From positions 2,919 through 66,918 of the forward strand of contig CAZZMB010000005.1 in NCBI GenBank assembly GCA_964655225.1: a stretch of 64,000 nt of DNA, read 5' to 3'. Positions 9,557 through 18,840 of this stretch are shown here, piece by piece (within the stretch, counting starts at the first letter, position 1; each line of letters begins with the position of its first letter). Below the pieces are notes generated by a model that was not told where the DNA came from, made no database searches, and saw nothing but the letters and a program-made list of their open reading frames with translations. This DNA is from an uncultured Chitinophagales bacterium. Its GTDB lineage: Bacteria > Bacteroidota > Bacteroidia > Chitinophagales > UBA8649. The translations under genes and the position numbers were made by a program.

Positions 9557-11965
9557 GTGATTCGATTTCTTTTTCTACTTAGTATTTGTATCCCTAGCTG
9601 GATTCAAGCACAAACCTTAAAAATTGAAAATGAGGAGACGAACGAGCCCATAGAAATGGCTACGATTTCAAGCAATAGTCCTTCTTTATTTGCAATCACT
9701 AATGGAAAAGGAGAGGCTGATATTTCCGATTTTTTGGATATAGAAAATATAGAAATTAGAAGTGTAGGCTTTGAAAATTTGAGTATCTCCTTCAAGGAAA
9801 TTCAAAATCGTTATTTTGAGATTAAGCTACAGCCAAGTAGTTTTTCTTTAGATGATGTAGTGGTAAGCGCAACTAAATGGAGGCAAAGCAATAAGGAAAT
9901 ACCTGGCAAAATATCTAGTATAACTGCTAAGGATGTAGTCTTGTCAAATCCACAAACCACAGCTGATTTGTTAGCGAGTTCAGGAGAGGTATTTATCCAA
10001 AAAAGTCAGCAAGGTGGAGGGAGTCCGATGATCCGAGGTTTTTCCACTAATCGACTACTATACACAGTTGATGGGGTACGAATGAACACAGCAATCTTTA
10101 GAAGTGGGAATGTTCAAAATGTAATTTCCTTGGATGCCTTTGCTACTGAAAACACTGAAATCATGTTTGGTCCAGGTTCGGTAATTTATGGAAGTGATGC
10201 AATTGGTGGTGTAATGAGTTTCACTACCTTGACTCCTCAGTTTTCATCTACGGATAAGTTATATGCGAAGGGAAATGCATTAACTCGATTTGCCTCAGCT
10301 AACAATGAGCTAAGCGCGCATGTTGACATTAACTTAGGATGGAAGAAGCTTGCTACAATAACTAGTTTTACTTATTCGAATTTTGGTGATTTGAAGATGG
10401 GAGGTCACGGTCCTGATGAATATTTACGCCCATTTTATGTCCAAAGAAAGGATAGTGTGGATGTACTTATTACAAATGATGATCCATTAAAGCAAATACC
10501 AACTGCCTACTCGCAGATTAATGTGATGCAAAAGCTTGCATTTAAACCCAATAGAAACTGGGATCTCACCTATGCTTTTCATTATTCTGAAACTTCAAGC
10601 TATGGCCGTTATGATCGACATATTCAATATCGGAATGATTTGCCCAGAAGTGCGGAATGGAACTATGGTCCGCAAAAATGGCTGATGAATCAGTTAACAA
10701 TTGCTCATAAGAGAGCCAACATCGCTTTTGATGAAATGAATATTCGTTTGGCGCATCAGTATTTTAACGAAAGTAGAATTGATCGCGATTTTAATGAGCT
10801 AATTCGTTCTACCAAACAAGAAAAAGTTTTCGCCTACTCTGCAAACATTGATTTTGTAAAAAACTTTCTTGATAAGCACAAAGTCTTTTATGGAGTAGAA
10901 TTCGTGAATAATGTGGTGAGTTCTGAAGGAGAAATGAAGAATATCGATTCAGATGCTGCTTTTGATGCTGCTTCTAGATATCCAAATGCTGCTTGGGCTA
11001 CTGCGGGTGTTTATGCAAGCTATCAATTTAAGGCAAGTGATAAATTTAATATTCAAGCTGGTTTGAGATACGCACATTTCATAATAGAGGCTGACTTTAG
11101 AAATAACTTGGCTTATTACCCTTTGCCTCAAGCTGAAGCCAATCTAAGTGAAGGTTCCGTAACAGGTAGTTTGGGAGCTATTTATACACCAAGTTCAAAT
11201 ACGACTGTTCGCTCTAATTTCTCGACGGGTTTTCGAGCGCCTAACATCGATGATATCGGCAAGATATTTGATTCAGAACCAGGATCTGTGGTTATTCCTA
11301 ACATCAACCTAGAAGCGGAGTACGTGTACAACGGAGAAATTGGATTTGCGCAAATAGTTAAAAATAATTGGAAGATTGATGCAAGTGCTTATTACACTTT
11401 TTTGCAGAATGCTATGGTTAGACGAGACTTCAGTTTTAATGGACAAGACAGTATTGTTTACCAGGGGGAATTGAGTCAAGTACAGGCCATTCAAAATGCA
11501 GCGAATGCTCATGTTTATGGAGCACAAGTGGGTTTGGAAGCTAAACTTCCTCATGGCTTTGGTTTAAATGCGGTCTATAATTATCAGAGAGGTAGGGAGG
11601 AGTTGGCTGATGGTACACGAAGTGCCTCAAGACATGCGGCACCAATGTTTGGGGCAGCACATGTGACTTTTACACATAAGGGTTTGCTTATGGATTTGTA
11701 TACTTTGTTTAGCGGAGGGGTGAGTTTTGAAAATTTACCTGAGGAGGAAAAGAGTAAAGGATATCTTTATGCTATTGATGAGGACGGTAATCCATTTTCT
11801 CCAGCTTGGGCTACGCTTAATTTAAAGACATCTTATCGTTTAAATAAAAACTTTAGTATTAGTGCAGGCATGGAAAACATCCTAGATTTAAGGTATAAAT
11901 CATACAGCAGTGGCATTGCTGCAGCTGGTAGGAATTTTATTCTTTCAGGGAAGCTAAGTTTTTAG
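9557..11965 (+). CDS. TonB-dependent outer-membrane receptor
   Basis: It has a GTG start, a signal peptide (WIQAQ), a carboxypeptidase-regulatory-like N-domain, plug motifs (DDVVVSATK, IRGFS, DGVRMN) and a beta-barrel ending in an aromatic residue (LSF). No SusD partner is adjacent. Confidence 0.9.
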   Translation: MIRFLFLLSICIPSWIQAQTLKIENEETNEPIEMATISSNSPSLFAITNGKGEADISDFLDIENIEIRSVGFENLSISFKEIQNRYFEIKLQPSSFSLDDVVVSATKWRQSNKEIPGKISSITAKDVVLSNPQTTADLLASSGEVFIQKSQQGGGSPMIRGFSTNRLLYTVDGVRMNTAIFRSGNVQNVISLDAFATENTEIMFGPGSVIYGSDAIGGVMSFTTLTPQFSSTDKLYAKGNALTRFASANNELSAHVDINLGWKKLATITSFTYSNFGDLKMGGHGPDEYLRPFYVQRKDSVDVLITNDDPLKQIPTAYSQINVMQKLAFKPNRNWDLTYAFHYSETSSYGRYDRHIQYRNDLPRSAEWNYGPQKWLMNQLTIAHKRANIAFDEMNIRLAHQYFNESRIDRDFNELIRSTKQEKVFAYSANIDFVKNFLDKHKVFYGVEFVNNVVSSEGEMKNIDSDAAFDAASRYPNAAWATAGVYASYQFKASDKFNIQAGLRYAHFIIEADFRNNLAYYPLPQAEANLSEGSVTGSLGAIYTPSSNTTVRSNFSTGFRAPNIDDIGKIFDSEPGSVVIPNINLEAEYVYNGEIGFAQIVKNNWKIDASAYYTFLQNAMVRRDFSFNGQDSIVYQGELSQVQAIQNAANAHVYGAQVGLEAKLPHGFGLNAVYNYQRGREELADGTRSASRHAAPMFGAAHVTFTHKGLLMDLYTLFSGGVSFENLPEEEKSKGYLYAIDEDGNPFSPAWATLNLKTSYRLNKNFSISAGMENILDLRYKSYSSGIAAAGRNFILSGKLSF

Positions 11966-11985
11966 AAAATGCGTTTGCATACTTT

Positions 11986-12291
11986 TTACGAGCGATTAAT
12001 TCGAGATTCCAAAGCTGTTTTGAGTTTACCTATTCCCATCGTGATAGATTTTTCTATTGTATCTGCATGGCAACTTACAACAATCGGCTGCATGTTTTTT
12101 GGTCTTGCTTCCATCACACACTTCTTATCTTCAGGTCCTTCTTTTGCAGCATTTTCATCAGAAAGATGAATTTCTATGCGCGTCAGATGATCCGCAAAAC
12201 GGGACATTTTATCTTTAAGCAAAGCATCAATGTAGTTTTCTAATCTTTCGTGCCCTTCGATATTTTTATCTGTGTTTAATTGAATATTCAT
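11986..12291 (-). CDS. hpf: ribosome hibernation/HPF-RaiA family protein
   Basis: The 101-aa protein has the HPF/S30EA layout (MNIQ...LENYI..K..R....I.R.E..L). Confidence 0.75.
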   Translation of the reverse strand: MNIQLNTDKNIEGHERLENYIDALLKDKMSRFADHLTRIEIHLSDENAAKEGPEDKKCVMEARPKNMQPIVVSCHADTIEKSITMGIGKLKTALESRINRS

Positions 12292-12416
12292 CGTATAATT
12301 TGTTTTCGTTTTTAGCCTAAGTTAAATCTCTGTATGGATTTACAGACATATTTTAAAGATACAAGAATCTATTGATAATTAGAGGAGTCTTTTACTTTTC
12401 CACGTATCTTTATCTT

Positions 12417-13214
12417 ATGAGTTTACTAATGAAATATGGGAAAACTGCCTTAATTGCTGGAGCATCAGAGGGCATAGGTGCCGCATTTGCAAAACACTTA
12501 GCGATGTGTGGATTGGATTTGCTTATCGTAGCTCGACGGGTAGAACCCTTAATGTCTTTAGCCAAAGAAATAGAGGAGAAGTATAAGGTAAGTGTGCAAA
12601 TCGTTTCTTGTGATTTATCCAAAGTGGATGCAGCAAAAACTTTACTTCATGCCGTAGATCAATATGATATTGATGTTTTTATATATAATGCTGGCTTATC
12701 CTATATAGGTGCTTTTGAAAAAAATGACACTGAACATCATCTGCAAATAGCTAGAACAAACATAATGACTCCATTAAGTATGGTTCAGGACTTAGGAACA
12801 AAAATGCTCTTGAGAAAACGAGGAGCAATTGTCTTGATGGGTTCCTTGGCTGGTCTTCAGGGTGCTGGTTATTTGTCGACTTATGCTGCTACCAAAGCAT
12901 TTGACACCATTCTTGCAGAAAGTTTATGGTATGAATGGAAGAATAAGGGGATAGATGTAATAGCTTGTGTAGCGGGCGCTACTTCCAGTCCAAATTTCTT
13001 AAATACTAAACCGAAAAAGGCAGGTTTGATAGAGCCAAAAGTTCAGACCCCTGAGGAAGTTGTAGCGGAGTGTTTCGAGAAATTGGGAAAACAACCTCGA
13101 ATTATCACTGGCTTTGCTAATCGTCTTGCTAGCTTCATTATGCATCGTATCTTACCCCGTAAATTAGCCATTAAAATTATGGGTGATACCACAAGAAAGA
13201 TGTACGAGTTATAA
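12417..13214 (+). CDS. SDR-family oxidoreductase
   Basis: It has the Rossmann motif IAGASEGIG, the NAG motif (YNAG) and a catalytic S...YAATK. The start is probably the ATG at 12417 or 12429 rather than the tracked TTG at 12372. Confidence 0.85.
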   Translation: MSLLMKYGKTALIAGASEGIGAAFAKHLAMCGLDLLIVARRVEPLMSLAKEIEEKYKVSVQIVSCDLSKVDAAKTLLHAVDQYDIDVFIYNAGLSYIGAFEKNDTEHHLQIARTNIMTPLSMVQDLGTKMLLRKRGAIVLMGSLAGLQGAGYLSTYAATKAFDTILAESLWYEWKNKGIDVIACVAGATSSPNFLNTKPKKAGLIEPKVQTPEEVVAECFEKLGKQPRIITGFANRLASFIMHRILPRKLAIKIMGDTTRKMYEL

Positions 13215-13227
13215 TGTCCTCAAGGAT

Positions 13228-13995
13228 TTATTTTAATGAATATCTTCGAATACCTATAAAAAGAAAAATAAATACAGAATAAACAATAAAAAAGGGAATC
13301 ACGTAAATTTCTAGATGCAGAACTAATAGCATAGCAATGATTAGAATTTGGAAACCAAGTCCAAAAGTGGATAGCAAGGTCATAAACCATCCTGGGAAAT
13401 TTTTGCTGTGCATCGCATCTCGATCCATTAGATAAATGACTTTATCAAAAGGGATATACAGGAAGTTATATATCTTATAAAATATATTTACTGCTTGTTG
13501 AGTTTCACCTTTAAAAGCTGTGGGGATGTGATCTTCGAATATTCGACTAGTTGTATCTCCGTTCACGTTATTTCGTAATATCACATAGTAATAATTGTAT
13601 AAAGTTCCCTGTAATTGGACACCAATGAAAGCTAGAATCATTAACAATAGCGAGCTGTCATTGATGTACCAAATAGCAAGTAAAAAAAGAAAATTCAAGA
13701 TTATATCAGCAATGGAATCATAGTATCTTCCGACGTATGATGGCGTGTTTTTCAATCGAGACAGCTCTCCGTCTGCGGCGTCTAAAATTGATTTTAGTAT
13801 AAGAAAGCATGCTGCTAGAATAAAATAGTTGTTCAGTATACACAGGATTGCCAATAAACCAGAAGCAATGAACCAAGAAGTTACATGAATAGGCGTGATG
13901 GATGTGTTTTTTAAAGCTGATGCAATAAGCCTAGCAATAAACCTACCATAATCAGACAGATCTGTGAATTGATATTGCTTGGGAAGTTTGGCCAT
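13228..13995 (-). CDS. CDP-alcohol phosphatidyltransferase family protein
   Basis: DAADGELSR...GRYYDSIADIILN matches D-x2-DG-x2-AR...G-x3-D-x3-D. It is a polytopic membrane protein. Confidence 0.8.
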   Translation of the reverse strand: MAKLPKQYQFTDLSDYGRFIARLIASALKNTSITPIHVTSWFIASGLLAILCILNNYFILAACFLILKSILDAADGELSRLKNTPSYVGRYYDSIADIILNFLFLLAIWYINDSSLLLMILAFIGVQLQGTLYNYYYVILRNNVNGDTTSRIFEDHIPTAFKGETQQAVNIFYKIYNFLYIPFDKVIYLMDRDAMHSKNFPGWFMTLLSTFGLGFQILIIAMLLVLHLEIYVIPFFIVYSVFIFLFIGIRRYSLK

Positions 13996-14184
13996 TAAGC
14001 GTTCATTTGATGCACGAAGATAAGAAGCTTGAACAAGTTTGAGCGCATTTGTTTAAATTACCTTCTTACCGCTGACCTTCATCTTAATAATTATTTAATT
14101 AATTAAGCTGTGATTAACAAGCACTATGTTAACACTTGAATAACAAGAACTGATACACAAGCACTCGCAATGTAGCCTTAGTAG

Positions 14185-15264
14185 TTAATAAATTTTTGGA
14201 ATAATTCGATAAGGAACTTTCTTCAAATACTCATCCCAAAGTGGACCATATTTAGCTGCACAACGTTTATCATCATCCATTTGTCTTGGGAATAATAAGG
14301 CGACATAATACAAAGGATATAGCCATGGCCAAGGCAAAAGTATATGTCCAATAGCGATTACAATGCCCGATGCCATACCTATTTCACCAAGATAATTAAT
14401 GTGTCTACTCAAGCCCCAAAATCCATTCACTAAAAGTGTGCGATCGCCATCTGTTATTGTTTCTGGTTGAATACCTAAAAAAGACTTTGTAGGGTCTCGT
14501 TTAAAAAAGTATTTCTGCATGTTTGCCCCTCTTGCTAGGCTCCAGCTACTAAAAAAGACAAGAGCACCTAACGCTATCAGCCAAGTTGGCTGATTAGGGC
14601 TAGATAGCCCTGCGGTTGACCAAAATGGAATAGTGTAAAAGAAAGGGTAGAAGGCTATGCATCCCCAGCCTAATTTAAAACCTACTCTTTCCGCAAAAAT
14701 ATCATAGGTGTAGAGATGAACCTCTTCAAACGTAAGGTAGTCTATGATAAAATAAGACAACAGACCAACACCAACAAATAGTCCAATATTGGATGCTGAA
14801 CCATACAATAGGTAGTGATGAGCCGCAAAGCTATAAATATTTATAGCCAGCATGATAGCTCCAATCAAATAAAGCCACATCTTCGCATCTATTCTACCTC
14901 CCCATAATTGCGGATTTTCTAATCTACCTAAATAGAAGTCCATTAAAAAAGAGCTTTTAACTTTAGTATAGGGGATTACAATAGCGAATGAAAAAGCTAA
15001 ACCGAAAAATATGGCTCCAAACAAGGCAGGCCAGCGTACAGTATAAAACCAATCCCAAGCTAAAAATTCTGTAAAACAAAGTCCAGCCCAAGTAGCAATC
15101 GCGATAAATAAAACGAGTAAGCCATTTAGACGATACTTTAGCTTTTCATCAGTACCAGTTTTGGTCACATAGCCAATCACCCAGCGTCCTGGTACGATGG
15201 CATTTAAAATGAATATATAGGCATATACAATTCCAGGGGCTATAAATCCTAAGAAATTTTCCAT
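14185..15264 (-). CDS. ERG4/ERG24 (sterol C-14/C-7/C-24 reductase) family membrane protein
   Basis: FYLGRLENPQLWGGRIDAKMW resembles sterol reductase signature 1, and LSRHINYLGE is also present. The C-terminus PRQMDDDKRCAAKYGPLWDEYLKKVPYRIIPKIY aligns with sterol reductase signature 2 (HR-x2-RD-x3-C-x2-KYG-x2-W-x2-Y...VPY.IIP..Y). Confidence 0.75.
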   Translation of the reverse strand: MENFLGFIAPGIVYAYIFILNAIVPGRWVIGYVTKTGTDEKLKYRLNGLLVLFIAIATWAGLCFTEFLAWDWFYTVRWPALFGAIFFGLAFSFAIVIPYTKVKSSFLMDFYLGRLENPQLWGGRIDAKMWLYLIGAIMLAINIYSFAAHHYLLYGSASNIGLFVGVGLLSYFIIDYLTFEEVHLYTYDIFAERVGFKLGWGCIAFYPFFYTIPFWSTAGLSSPNQPTWLIALGALVFFSSWSLARGANMQKYFFKRDPTKSFLGIQPETITDGDRTLLVNGFWGLSRHINYLGEIGMASGIVIAIGHILLPWPWLYPLYYVALLFPRQMDDDKRCAAKYGPLWDEYLKKVPYRIIPKIY

Positions 15265-15285
15265 AAGTGTTTTATTTTTTTACTG

Positions 15286-16311
15286 TTAGTTTCGTCTAAC
15301 TACAGAATTTTCCATAGCGGCTTTCTTCTTCTCTTCACTTGAGTTTACCTCATGGTATTGTTGCACAAGTTCTTCCGTAATTTTTTTAACCGATCGAATG
15401 GCTTTGGTATATTCAATAGAAGGACCTGCGCACCATACGGTTTCATAAGTTGAGGTGAATGCAGCTTTTTCTACCGACTTCATACCTTTATAGAAGGTGA
15501 GCATTTTCACATACTTCTTAAGCTTTTTATTCTTGCTTAATAACTTCTCAAACCAGTTTTGTTTCGTTCCTACTTCTTGTACATAAGGAGTATTAATTAC
15601 AGTACATGGCGAACCCGAAATTTTTGTTGTCAGGACGATGTCATCTGCGCCATAATCCACGCATGCTTGCTTATATTCTTCAGATACTGGAGCCTCAGGA
15701 GTTGCAATATAAATACTACCCATACTCACGCCAATAGCGCCATCTTCATTGATTCTCTTCCAGATTCCGGCTCCATCTCCAACGCCTCCGGCTGAAATTA
15801 CGGGGATATTTACTTTTGATTTTAACAAAGGAATGAGTTCTGCACTCATCATAGGGCCCGCATGACCGCCTGCTTCTTTATTCACGGCAATAACGGCATC
15901 GGCTCCCAGCTTTTCAACTTTTTCTGCGTAGGCTACGTCAACCACGTCACAAAACACTTTAATGCCATGTGGCTTACATTGATTGATTACCTCTTCAGGT
16001 GATCCTAAAGACGTAATAATAAAATCAACTTTCATATCTACACAGGTGGCTAATTGTCTTTTGTAATGGATATTTGATTTATTTACAATCAAATTAATTC
16101 CTATAGGACCTCCACCTTTTTCTTTGATTTCTTTAAGACCTGCGCGCATTTGCTCATCCTTTCTCCAATTTAAGGCTGGTATACAGGGGGCAATACCCGC
16201 TTTTATAGCCTCGATACTCATTTCTTCGTTACTCACTAAAAACATTGGAGCAAGGATAATTGGGTACTTTATGTTTAGTAAGTCAGTAAGTGATGTTTTT
16301 ATTTTTCCCAT
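15286..16311 (-). CDS. NAD(P)H-dependent flavin oxidoreductase (nitronate monooxygenase / FabK-like TIM barrel)
   Basis: The YPIILAPMFLVSN N-terminus and the GADAVIAVNKEAGGHAG and SAGGVGDG motifs are typical of the NMO/2-nitropropane dioxygenase family. Confidence 0.8.
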   Translation of the reverse strand: MGKIKTSLTDLLNIKYPIILAPMFLVSNEEMSIEAIKAGIAPCIPALNWRKDEQMRAGLKEIKEKGGGPIGINLIVNKSNIHYKRQLATCVDMKVDFIITSLGSPEEVINQCKPHGIKVFCDVVDVAYAEKVEKLGADAVIAVNKEAGGHAGPMMSAELIPLLKSKVNIPVISAGGVGDGAGIWKRINEDGAIGVSMGSIYIATPEAPVSEEYKQACVDYGADDIVLTTKISGSPCTVINTPYVQEVGTKQNWFEKLLSKNKKLKKYVKMLTFYKGMKSVEKAAFTSTYETVWCAGPSIEYTKAIRSVKKITEELVQQYHEVNSSEEKKKAAMENSVVRRN

Positions 16312-16522
16312 ATACGCATAAAATTAAGAATTTATTTAGAATTGTTTGAGGTCTTGTAGGTGTTAACTCCCCAAATACAATCTATTTTTTATAAGGTTTC
16401 GGCAGACAATGATGATTTTGCTATTTTAATTACGGTTTTCAGTTTATCCCAATAAATAAAGATTACTTTTTTGCATTACGTCATTTACAGAATTCATCAA
16501 AGAGGCCTTGAAAGGTTCACAG

Positions 16523-17458
16523 CTAATCGATTTCAAAGAACTTAAGAATATCGGCAGTACATTTATCTAGTTCCTCTAGCATAGGAGCATGACCACATTT
16601 TTCATAAGTCAAGAAAGTACAATTGGGTAGGTCTCGATTAAATCGTTCAGCATGACTAAAAGGGATAATTTCATCTTCAGTGCCCCAAATTAGTAGGGTA
16701 GGTGTTAGTATTTGCTTAATGGTACTTGTATCCATAAATTTCTTATAACCAGCTATCTGTTTGAGATACTCTAAATTACCCACCTTATTCATCATCCCAT
16801 ATTTCCTATCTAACAGTTCAGGATCGATATGCTCATCATCATAGAAACACATTTTGACATTACTCTTCGCAATAAACGGTGCAGCGCCTTTAGCCAATAA
16901 AAAACGAATGATTGGCTGGTTAATCCACTCTGCGTTTTTCTCTGCAATTTGAACCATATCATATCCTGCTGGAGCAAGTAGTACCAACTTTTGAATTTTT
17001 TTCATTTTAGAAAGAGCGGTATTCCAAGCAATCATTCCACCCATAGAGTTTCCAATAAGGTAGCAGGTATCTTTGGTATAGTTATCCAAAATAAAATCCA
17101 TAAAATCTCTATATACTGTCTGTATATCAGCTGTGTGTATGGGGGCATCGCTTAGCCCAAATCCAGGTAAATCGAAACTTACCACATGGTAATTCTTTGC
17201 TAATCGCTCCGCTAGTGGATTAAATTCGTGCATGGCACCACCTAAACCATGGATCAATATAACACTTGTATTTCCGCTTCCTTGTTCGGTCAAATGAACC
17301 TTTATACCTTCCCAATCTATGAATTGAGAATTAGGATATTTATATTTCTGAATAGTGGCTTCTTTTGAAAGGAAATGATTTTTTCTAAATACAGTATATC
17401 CGCCTATCATTAGGATGAATAGTAAAACAACCAGCCCTAAAAATTTAAATATTATCAT
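16523..17458 (-). CDS. alpha/beta-fold hydrolase with N-terminal membrane anchor
   Basis: It has the HGLGG oxyanion region, the GNSMGG nucleophile elbow and a C-terminal GHAPMLE catalytic His region. Confidence 0.85.
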   Translation of the reverse strand: MIIFKFLGLVVLLFILMIGGYTVFRKNHFLSKEATIQKYKYPNSQFIDWEGIKVHLTEQGSGNTSVILIHGLGGAMHEFNPLAERLAKNYHVVSFDLPGFGLSDAPIHTADIQTVYRDFMDFILDNYTKDTCYLIGNSMGGMIAWNTALSKMKKIQKLVLLAPAGYDMVQIAEKNAEWINQPIIRFLLAKGAAPFIAKSNVKMCFYDDEHIDPELLDRKYGMMNKVGNLEYLKQIAGYKKFMDTSTIKQILTPTLLIWGTEDEIIPFSHAERFNRDLPNCTFLTYEKCGHAPMLEELDKCTADILKFFEID

Positions 17459-17464
17459 GGTTGA

Positions 17465-18313
17465 TTAGATTAAAATACAAAGCGCTTTTCTTATTTCTCC
17501 AGCTTCTATTAATCGTTTAGCATTAATTTCATGGTCTTCAGAATTATTTTTAATCAGTTCACTTCGAACTTCCTGTATTTCATTCTCATCGGGTAAGCTT
17601 GTTTCCATGGCAAGCTGGGCAATTTCATTCCCCGTTAGCACAGCACTTTCCACTATGTGCCTGGGAAGTCCATCGAAGCCAAGATTGATTTTGCTAAATG
17701 GATTATTAATTTCAAAAATAGAATTGCCTTGTGCACGCACATAATATTCCTTTCCCATTCTACCCACTAAGTCAATTTTTTGCGGATCTACCATTCCTTC
17801 ATCGTCTAGTATATCCTCACTGAAATGCATCTGCACAATTTCGCAAATAAATAGGTTTGGGGCACCACCAATATCGCCAAATGTCACAATTTCTTTGACT
17901 TTACATTCAAACTGAACAGGACTCTCCTTAACACGCAATGGCTCAACCAATTTGGATTTAATGCCAGTTACACCCGCTTTTTCAAATTCATTAACCTCAC
18001 TTGCGTAATCCGTACTGCTAATATTCATTTGGTTCACTAATCGATAAGGAACCACATTAATAACCACTTCTTGTGTCATTTTTATATTGTGCAGTGTGTC
18101 TTTGGTGGTATTATCTCTTCCTCTTCGGTTACTGGAGAAAACTAGGAGGGGAGGGTTAGAGCCTATCGCATTGAAAAAACTGTAAGGTGCTAAATTGGAT
18201 TCTCCTTTTTCATTGACTGTACTTGCCCAACATATAGGTCTTGGGCCTACGGATCCTGTAATAAATTGGTGTCGTTTTCGTATGGGAACTTCTAGTGGGT
18301 CGTATGAAATCAT
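17465..18313 (-). CDS. flavin reductase-like (FMN-binding split barrel) protein with C-terminal extension
   Basis: PICWASTVNEKGESNLAPYSFFN is a typical Flavin_Reduct core. The start shares an ATGA overlap with the upstream gene's stop. Confidence 0.75.
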   Translation of the reverse strand: MISYDPLEVPIRKRHQFITGSVGPRPICWASTVNEKGESNLAPYSFFNAIGSNPPLLVFSSNRRGRDNTTKDTLHNIKMTQEVVINVVPYRLVNQMNISSTDYASEVNEFEKAGVTGIKSKLVEPLRVKESPVQFECKVKEIVTFGDIGGAPNLFICEIVQMHFSEDILDDEGMVDPQKIDLVGRMGKEYYVRAQGNSIFEINNPFSKINLGFDGLPRHIVESAVLTGNEIAQLAMETSLPDENEIQEVRSELIKNNSEDHEINAKRLIEAGEIRKALCILI

Positions 18314-18840
18314 CGGATTTTTGGTTTATATACTCTAAAGATAATAAAGCTCAATAAAAGAGGAATGCCAATCCAAATAAACTCACTTTTCAAAACAGCC
18401 AGTCCCCATTCGCTTAAAAATTTTTGCAAGCCAATAGGAGATACTTTTATCATGCGCCAGGGTAAGAAGTAACGGGTATTATCAAATGGAGCAAAAAAGG
18501 CTACGCCACTTCCGCCTGTGGTCATGGCATCTAAAATACTGTGAGATATGGTGGACATGAATAGAAATGCAGCGATTGCAAAAAAACGTTGTTTGCTTTT
18601 ACTGATGGAAAAACTAATCAGTAGACTTAATAATACAGCAAAAGTAATCGAGTGACTTATTCCTCTGTGTCCCCACATATCTTCATAAGGAATACCTAAG
18701 CTAAAACTTAAGACATCTATATCAGGAAGAATACTACAAAGGACCCCAATAACTATTATCTTTTTGGAAAGCTTACTTTTGAGCCTAAATATATTACTTA
18801 TGGCAAGCGCACTTGCAGCATGTCCAAAAGCTGATGCCAT
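18310..18840 (-). CDS. membrane-bound metal-dependent hydrolase (YdjM/DUF457-like)
   Basis: Small polytopic protein starting GH and carrying the His-rich motifs HRGISHS and SHSILD, as in the DUF457 family. Confidence 0.65.
   Translation of the reverse strand: MASAFGHAASALAISNIFRLKSKLSKKIIVIGVLCSILPDIDVLSFSLGIPYEDMWGHRGISHSITFAVLLSLLISFSISKSKQRFFAIAAFLFMSTISHSILDAMTTGGSGVAFFAPFDNTRYFLPWRMIKVSPIGLQKFLSEWGLAVLKSEFIWIGIPLLLSFIIFRVYKPKIR

Noticed and set aside
14116-14165. Direct repeat ACAAGCACT (14117-14125 and 14157-14165) upstream of the CDP-alcohol phosphatidyltransferase gene
   Set aside because: There are only two 9-bp copies 40 nt apart, with no dyad symmetry and no associated regulator. 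This cannot be distinguished from chance.
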